Position numbers and translations under genes: made by a program. Below, one piece after another: positions 59,539-64,000 of a DNA stretch of 64,000 nt (positions within the stretch are counted from its first letter, which is position 1; each line of letters starts with the position of its first letter). The DNA comes from an uncultured Pseudomonadota bacterium (GTDB taxonomy: Bacteria > Pseudomonadota > Alphaproteobacteria > RF32 > CAG-239): positions 88,900 through 152,899 of the forward strand of contig CADAAN010000001.1 in NCBI GenBank assembly GCA_902785935.1, written 5' to 3'. Under the pieces are notes generated by a model that had not been told where the DNA came from, searched no databases, and saw only the letters and a list, made by a program, of their open reading frames with translations.

Positions 59539-60069
59539 ATGTCTGAAAAAATATCTGATGACGATAAAAAAATTTGGCTTGAAGCAACAAAAGACGTTCA
59601 AAAAATCAATGTGCCGGACAGAGTGCCTCAAAAGCCCAAAAAGAAAGGGGTGAGAAAAAAAATCGGTATCACAAATGATGTAACTTATCAAAATTTTCAC
59701 CACCGGCTTGAGCTTGATACAGCCGCGGATATTGATAAAAATACAATGCGTCGTTTCAAAAAAGAAGAATTTGGTGTTGAGGCAACGCTTGATTTGCATG
59801 GCATAACGACGGACAAAGCCTATCAGATTGTTAAAAATTTTGTTATTTCATCGTATTTACAAAAAAAGCGAGCGGTGCTTATTGTCACGGGTAAGGGTCT
59901 TGTACACCAAACACAAGATATTTATGATGCTAAAGGTGTCTTAAAACAATTGGTGCCTGAGTGGCTTAAATCAGATGAACTCAGTCATATGATTTTGACT
60001 TATATCCACCCTTCGGAAAAGCTCGGCGGTAGTGGAGCGCTTTATATTTTACTTCGGCGCAAAAGATAG
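59539..60069 (+). CDS. Smr-domain protein
   Basis: Start at MSEKISDDDKK; C-terminal Smr domain (LDLHGITTDKAYQIVKNFV...VLIVTGKG). Confidence 0.7.
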   Translation: MSEKISDDDKKIWLEATKDVQKINVPDRVPQKPKKKGVRKKIGITNDVTYQNFHHRLELDTAADIDKNTMRRFKKEEFGVEATLDLHGITTDKAYQIVKNFVISSYLQKKRAVLIVTGKGLVHQTQDIYDAKGVLKQLVPEWLKSDELSHMILTYIHPSEKLGGSGALYILLRRKR

Positions 60070-60159
60070 ATTGTTTTTTTCGGGGGATGGTTGATGCTCT
60101 GTTCTTGCAAAGATGATTTCGGCTGTTAAAATCAAGAGCATGGATACAAGGAAAATAAT

Positions 60160-61503
60160 ATGTTGCAACTTTTATTAAATCATCGTCTTTTGGTTGTTTT
60201 GAGCGTGACTTGCGTGCTTTTGTTTGTCCTTTTTTCGGTCTTTTTTATCCTTTGGCTTTGCAAAAACAAACACATCAAAAAACTTGAAAAAGAGCATGTG
60301 GAACTTGATATTTGGCGCACCTTAAAGGAAGAAGAAACTCAAAATCAAAAACAAAGTATTGAAACTTTAACGATGGAAAAACTCAATCTTTTAAGGCAAA
60401 ACGAGCGTCTTAAGGCCGATTATGACGCGCAGGAAAAGTACCTTAAAGAGCAAATATCTTTTTTAGAGCGTAATAAAGAAGAACTGACGCTTAAATTTCA
60501 AAATATTTCAAGCGAAGTCATTAAGGCGCAAAATCAATCTTTCAACGAAAACCAAAAGACAACACTCGGTCTTTTGTTAAAGCCTTTTGCCGATGAGCTG
60601 GCCGAATTTAAGAAAAAAATGGCCGATTCGCACGATGATCGCATTAAATTTGACGCACAAATCAAAAGCTTGTTTGATTTGAATCAAAATTTGAGCAAAG
60701 AGGCCGAAAATCTTGCAAACGCCCTAAAAGGCAATAAAAAAATTCAGGGCAATTGGGGCGAATTTCAGCTTGAGCGTGTTCTGGAGATTTCCGGTCTTGA
60801 AAAGGGTATCAATTATTTTTGTCAGGAAACATTTCGTGATGACAACAACAAAATGCTTCGCCCTGATGTCATCGTCAAATTACCCGATGACAGACAGGTG
60901 ATTATCGATTCTAAAGTGTCGTTAAACGATTATATCGCTTTTATCAATGCCGAAGATGAAATTGAGCGCGCATCGGCATTAAAACGTCATATTGCGGCGA
61001 TAAAAAAACATATCGATGAACTTTCATCTAAAGAATATCAAAAACTTATCAAAGATGACGGGCTTGATTATGTGATGATTTTTATCCCGATTGAAGGCGC
61101 GTATGTTGAGGCCGTTAAAGAAGATACAGGCTTGTATGATTATGCTTTTTCAAAAAATATTGCCATTACGACACCGTCTTCTTTGCTACCGTTGCTCAAG
61201 ACGATTGAAAATCTTTGGCAACTTGATAAACGCAATAAAAATGCAGCTGAACTAGCTGTTCTCGGTGGTAAAATCTATGATAAATTGGCCGGTTTTGTAG
61301 ATGATATGAAACAAGTCGACAAGGCTATATCCTCGGCACATGCGCATTATGACGATGCCATGACAAAGCTTACCGGCAAAGGCGGGGCACTTTCGTTTGC
61401 CGAAAAGCTTAAACAAAAAGGTGCCAAAACTTCAAAACAAATTGCCGTTGAAAGCCGGCGGGATAATATAATCACGTTTGATGAAAGGGTTGAAAATGAA
61501 TAA
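60160..61503 (+). CDS. rmuC: DNA recombination protein RmuC
   Basis: N-terminal TM segment, long coiled coil, C-terminal RmuC domain with GNWGEFQLERVLE motif. Confidence 0.8.
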   Translation: MLQLLLNHRLLVVLSVTCVLLFVLFSVFFILWLCKNKHIKKLEKEHVELDIWRTLKEEETQNQKQSIETLTMEKLNLLRQNERLKADYDAQEKYLKEQISFLERNKEELTLKFQNISSEVIKAQNQSFNENQKTTLGLLLKPFADELAEFKKKMADSHDDRIKFDAQIKSLFDLNQNLSKEAENLANALKGNKKIQGNWGEFQLERVLEISGLEKGINYFCQETFRDDNNKMLRPDVIVKLPDDRQVIIDSKVSLNDYIAFINAEDEIERASALKRHIAAIKKHIDELSSKEYQKLIKDDGLDYVMIFIPIEGAYVEAVKEDTGLYDYAFSKNIAITTPSSLLPLLKTIENLWQLDKRNKNAAELAVLGGKIYDKLAGFVDDMKQVDKAISSAHAHYDDAMTKLTGKGGALSFAEKLKQKGAKTSKQIAVESRRDNIITFDERVENE

Positions 61504-62581
61504 GATTATTTTTACGGGCGGCGGCAGTGCCGGTCATGTGACCTTAAATTTAGCGCTTATACCGTATTTTTTGCAAAACGGATGGGAAGTGCGATATATC
61601 GGCTCTAAAACAGGCATTGAAAAGGATTTAATCAAAAAATTTGATGCCGTGAAATATTATCCGATTGAAACAGGCAAGCTCAGACGCTATTTTTCGTGGC
61701 AAAATTTTATGGATGCCTTAAAAATTCCGCTCGGGATTATTCAGGCTGTCGGCATTATTTTGAAAGAAAAACCGGATATCATTTTTTCAAAAGGCGGATT
61801 TGTATCATTTCCGGTGGTTTTGGCGGGCTATGTGTGCGGTGTTCGGTCCGTAATGCATGAATCGGATGTGACCCCCGGTCTTGCCAACAAAATGTCCCTG
61901 CCCTTTGTAACAAAGTTTTTTACGACATTTGATGATACGATTAAATATGTCAAAAATAAATCCAAAGTTGATTATATCGGCCCTGTGCTTTCCGACAGAT
62001 TTGAAGGCGCGGATAAAAAACGCGGACTTGATTTATGCGGTTTTGATGAAAACAAACCCGTGTTGATGTTTGTCGGGGGGTCACTCGGCGCAAAAACCAT
62101 CAACGATGCCGTGCGCAAAAATTTAGATTCCTTGCTTGAAAAATATCAGGTTATTCATATCTGCGGACGCGGCCAAATCGATGAGCAGCTTAAAACAAAT
62201 GGATATTGTCAGTTTGATTATGTCGATACGGCTTTTAAGGACTTGATGGAAGCTTCTGATGTTGTGATTTCGCGCGCGGGATCAAACGCGATTTTTGAAC
62301 TTTTGAGCTTAAAAAAGCCGATGGTTTTGGTGCCCCTTCCCTGCGCATCAAGCCGCGGCGAACAAAGCCTGAATGCAAAATCATTTGCCTCAAAGGGGTT
62401 TGCCGAAGTTATTGCTGATGAAAAGCTCGGCGATTCAGAACTTTTGCTTAAAACAATCGATGATGTGTTTTCTCATCGAAAAACTTATCAAAAGGCAATG
62501 GAAGATGCTGATTTTAAATCCACAAATAACACAGAACTTGCCCTAAAAGTCGCCGCAATGGTTGAAAATAAAGAACATTAA
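61496..62581 (+). CDS. glycosyltransferase family 28 (MurG-like, N- and C-terminal GT28 domains)
   Basis: Start at MNKIIFTGGGSAGHV (glycine-rich loop); C-terminal donor-binding region; overlaps the rmuC stop by 8 nt. Not in a dcw-cluster context, so orthology to murG is unproven. Confidence 0.55.
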   Translation: MNKIIFTGGGSAGHVTLNLALIPYFLQNGWEVRYIGSKTGIEKDLIKKFDAVKYYPIETGKLRRYFSWQNFMDALKIPLGIIQAVGIILKEKPDIIFSKGGFVSFPVVLAGYVCGVRSVMHESDVTPGLANKMSLPFVTKFFTTFDDTIKYVKNKSKVDYIGPVLSDRFEGADKKRGLDLCGFDENKPVLMFVGGSLGAKTINDAVRKNLDSLLEKYQVIHICGRGQIDEQLKTNGYCQFDYVDTAFKDLMEASDVVISRAGSNAIFELLSLKKPMVLVPLPCASSRGEQSLNAKSFASKGFAEVIADEKLGDSELLLKTIDDVFSHRKTYQKAMEDADFKSTNNTELALKVAAMVENKEH

Positions 62582-62929
62582 TCGACTTAAAATGCGCATT
62601 TGTTGATATTCAGCCTGTCAGATTATCCTGACGGGCTGAAATCTTAAAAAACGAATCGGCAAAAAACATTTAAACACAAATTAGAATGTGTTTTTGATAA
62701 AATACATTTTTTTGTTGTGTGGATAATAAAAAAATACAATGGAAAGTCAACATATTAAAACTAATCGTCTGATTTTATTTGATTTTATTTTTTTATCCCA
62801 AGGGGCAAAAAAAAATATACTTATTTTTGAATAACATAGCTTTTTTTGAAAAAAAAATTTAAAAAAAATCTTGAGAAATTTGCATTATTTTGCAACACTG
62901 AGCGCATGTCAAAAATCAATCACTAAAAA

Positions 62930-62990
62930 TTATGTGCATACTATATATTGTTTGTTTACTTTTTTTAAACACAATATATGGTATTGTCTA
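62930..62990 (+). promoter_or_regulatory. candidate tandem NrdR-box-like palindromes upstream of nrdD
   Basis: acacaatatatggtat matches 14/16 of the NrdR-box consensus (acaCwAtATaTwGtgt); a weaker tactatatattgtt lies ~36 bp upstream. Confidence 0.25.
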
Positions 62991-63029
62991 AACCAATATA
63001 ACAAATTCAAAAATAGGATAAAAAACAAA

Positions 63030-64000
63030 ATGTCTGAGGCAATGCGCTTTAAAAATACAGTCGGTATCGAAAACGTTTCAAAACGCGATGGTACACTTTC
63101 CCCCTTTGATGCATCAAAAATCTATAATGCGATCTTAAAGGCCGGCAACACAACCTCTGAGTTGGATGAAAAAAAGGCTCGCAACGTGACGGAAAAAGTA
63201 TTGCTCGAAATTTCGATGCTTGAAGATAAAAAAGTTATTTCGATTGAAGAAATTCAGGATATGGTTGAAAAAATCCTGATTAAAGATAATTACTTCAAGA
63301 CGGCAAAGGCTTATATTCTTTATCGCGAAAAGCGCGCTTGGATGCGTCATGATAAAAAGACAATGGTTGATGTTGAAAGCTCAATTAATGAATATTTGCA
63401 AAAACTGGACTGGCGCGTCAATGCCAATGCCAATCAAGGCTATTCAAACGGCGGTTTGATTTTGAATGTGTCAGGAAAAGTGACGGCAAACTATTGGCTC
63501 AGCACGGTTTATCCGGCAGAAATGGGTGAGGCGCATCGCAACGGCGATATCCATATTCACGATTTGGATATGCTTGCAGCTTACTGCGCCGGTTGGTCGT
63601 TAAAAACGCTTTTAAAAGAAGGTTTCAACGGTGTCAGGGGCAAGGCTGAAGCTAATCCGCCAAAGCATTTGTCGGCTGCTACGGGACAAATGGTCAACTT
63701 TATGGGGACCTTGCAAAACGAATGGGCAGGCGCACAGGCTTTTTCGTCTGTTGATACATATCTTGCTCCGTTTATCAGAAAAGATAATCTTCCCTATAAA
63801 GAAGTTAAACAGTGCATGCAAGAGCTTGTTTACAACTTGAACGTTCCTTCTCGCTGGGGCTCTCAAACACCGTTTACAAACTTTACGTTTGACTGGGTTT
63901 GCCCTGAAGATTTACGTGATCAACACCCTTACATCGGCGGTCATATTGCAGGTCATGATGAAAACTTTATGCCGATTATCGAGGGTCAGGAAGAAATGCC
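63030..64000 (+). CDS. nrdD: anaerobic ribonucleoside-triphosphate reductase (class III), partial, continues beyond window end
   Basis: Open frame from ATG 63030 to the window end (not in the ORF track); ATP-cone-like N-terminus and a conserved NrdD block (HRNGDIHIHDLDML...GFNGVRGKAEANPPKHLSAATGQMVNFMG). Confidence 0.75.
   Translation, partial: MSEAMRFKNTVGIENVSKRDGTLSPFDASKIYNAILKAGNTTSELDEKKARNVTEKVLLEISMLEDKKVISIEEIQDMVEKILIKDNYFKTAKAYILYREKRAWMRHDKKTMVDVESSINEYLQKLDWRVNANANQGYSNGGLILNVSGKVTANYWLSTVYPAEMGEAHRNGDIHIHDLDMLAAYCAGWSLKTLLKEGFNGVRGKAEANPPKHLSAATGQMVNFMGTLQNEWAGAQAFSSVDTYLAPFIRKDNLPYKEVKQCMQELVYNLNVPSRWGSQTPFTNFTFDWVCPEDLRDQHPYIGGHIAGHDENFMPIIEGQEEM

Overview
This 64-kb window comes from a low-GC (roughly 35-40% by eye) Gram-negative chromosome. 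The housekeeping proteins look alphaproteobacterial: Obg starts [17 protein letters not shown], there is an L33, an adjacent dnaQ-coaE pair, and a Tim44-like protein. No species is claimed. The conserved backbone is lptF/G (partial), hslO, recX, a UDP-sugar dehydrogenase, secB, trmL, mnmE, acylphosphatase, asmA, rluC/D, rarA, dnaQ, coaE, uppP, an M23 peptidase, xseA, a FadL-type OMP, a CorC/TlyC transporter, mutY, rpmG, xerC/D, ycgN, a YgjP-like hydrolase, rplU-rpmA-obg-rsfS, a Tim44-like protein, mltA, an Smr protein, rmuC, a MurG-like GT28 and nrdD (partial). The window also carries many host-interaction-type repeat proteins (ankyrin, Sel1, BspA-type LRR, pentapeptide), suggesting a host-associated lifestyle. 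Between tRNA-Arg(TCT) at 16.3 kb and a minus-strand tRNA-Gln(CTG) at 31.5 kb lies a ~15-kb accessory region. It contains: (a) a repeat-rich noncoding stretch with 105-185-bp direct repeats flanking a gene for a 27-aa tandem-repeat protein, (b) a phage/plasmid-like module (putative HUH-type Rep, phage Dam methyltransferase, XRE regulators, small genes with unusually strong SD sequences), (c) a 1391-aa signal peptide/ankyrin/Cys-rich/autotransporter giant protein, and (d) a recombinase module (small serine resolvase, XRE regulator plus secreted SNase-like nuclease, two tandem paralogous large serine recombinases). The first large recombinase appears frameshifted and the second reads through the tRNA-Gln. 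The two most unusual signals are these. First, six BspA-type LRR genes or gene remnants share a nearly identical ~25-aa C-terminal tail (KRIYTIDEAN.VAGK.N.V.IRYR) conserved at the nucleotide level. Second, a ~250-nt conserved, structured 5' leader precedes two of the intact LRR genes; it shows compensatory substitutions and ends in an intrinsic-terminator-like hairpin just upstream of the RBS, making it a candidate undescribed cis-regulatory RNA. No CRISPR array or rRNA was found.
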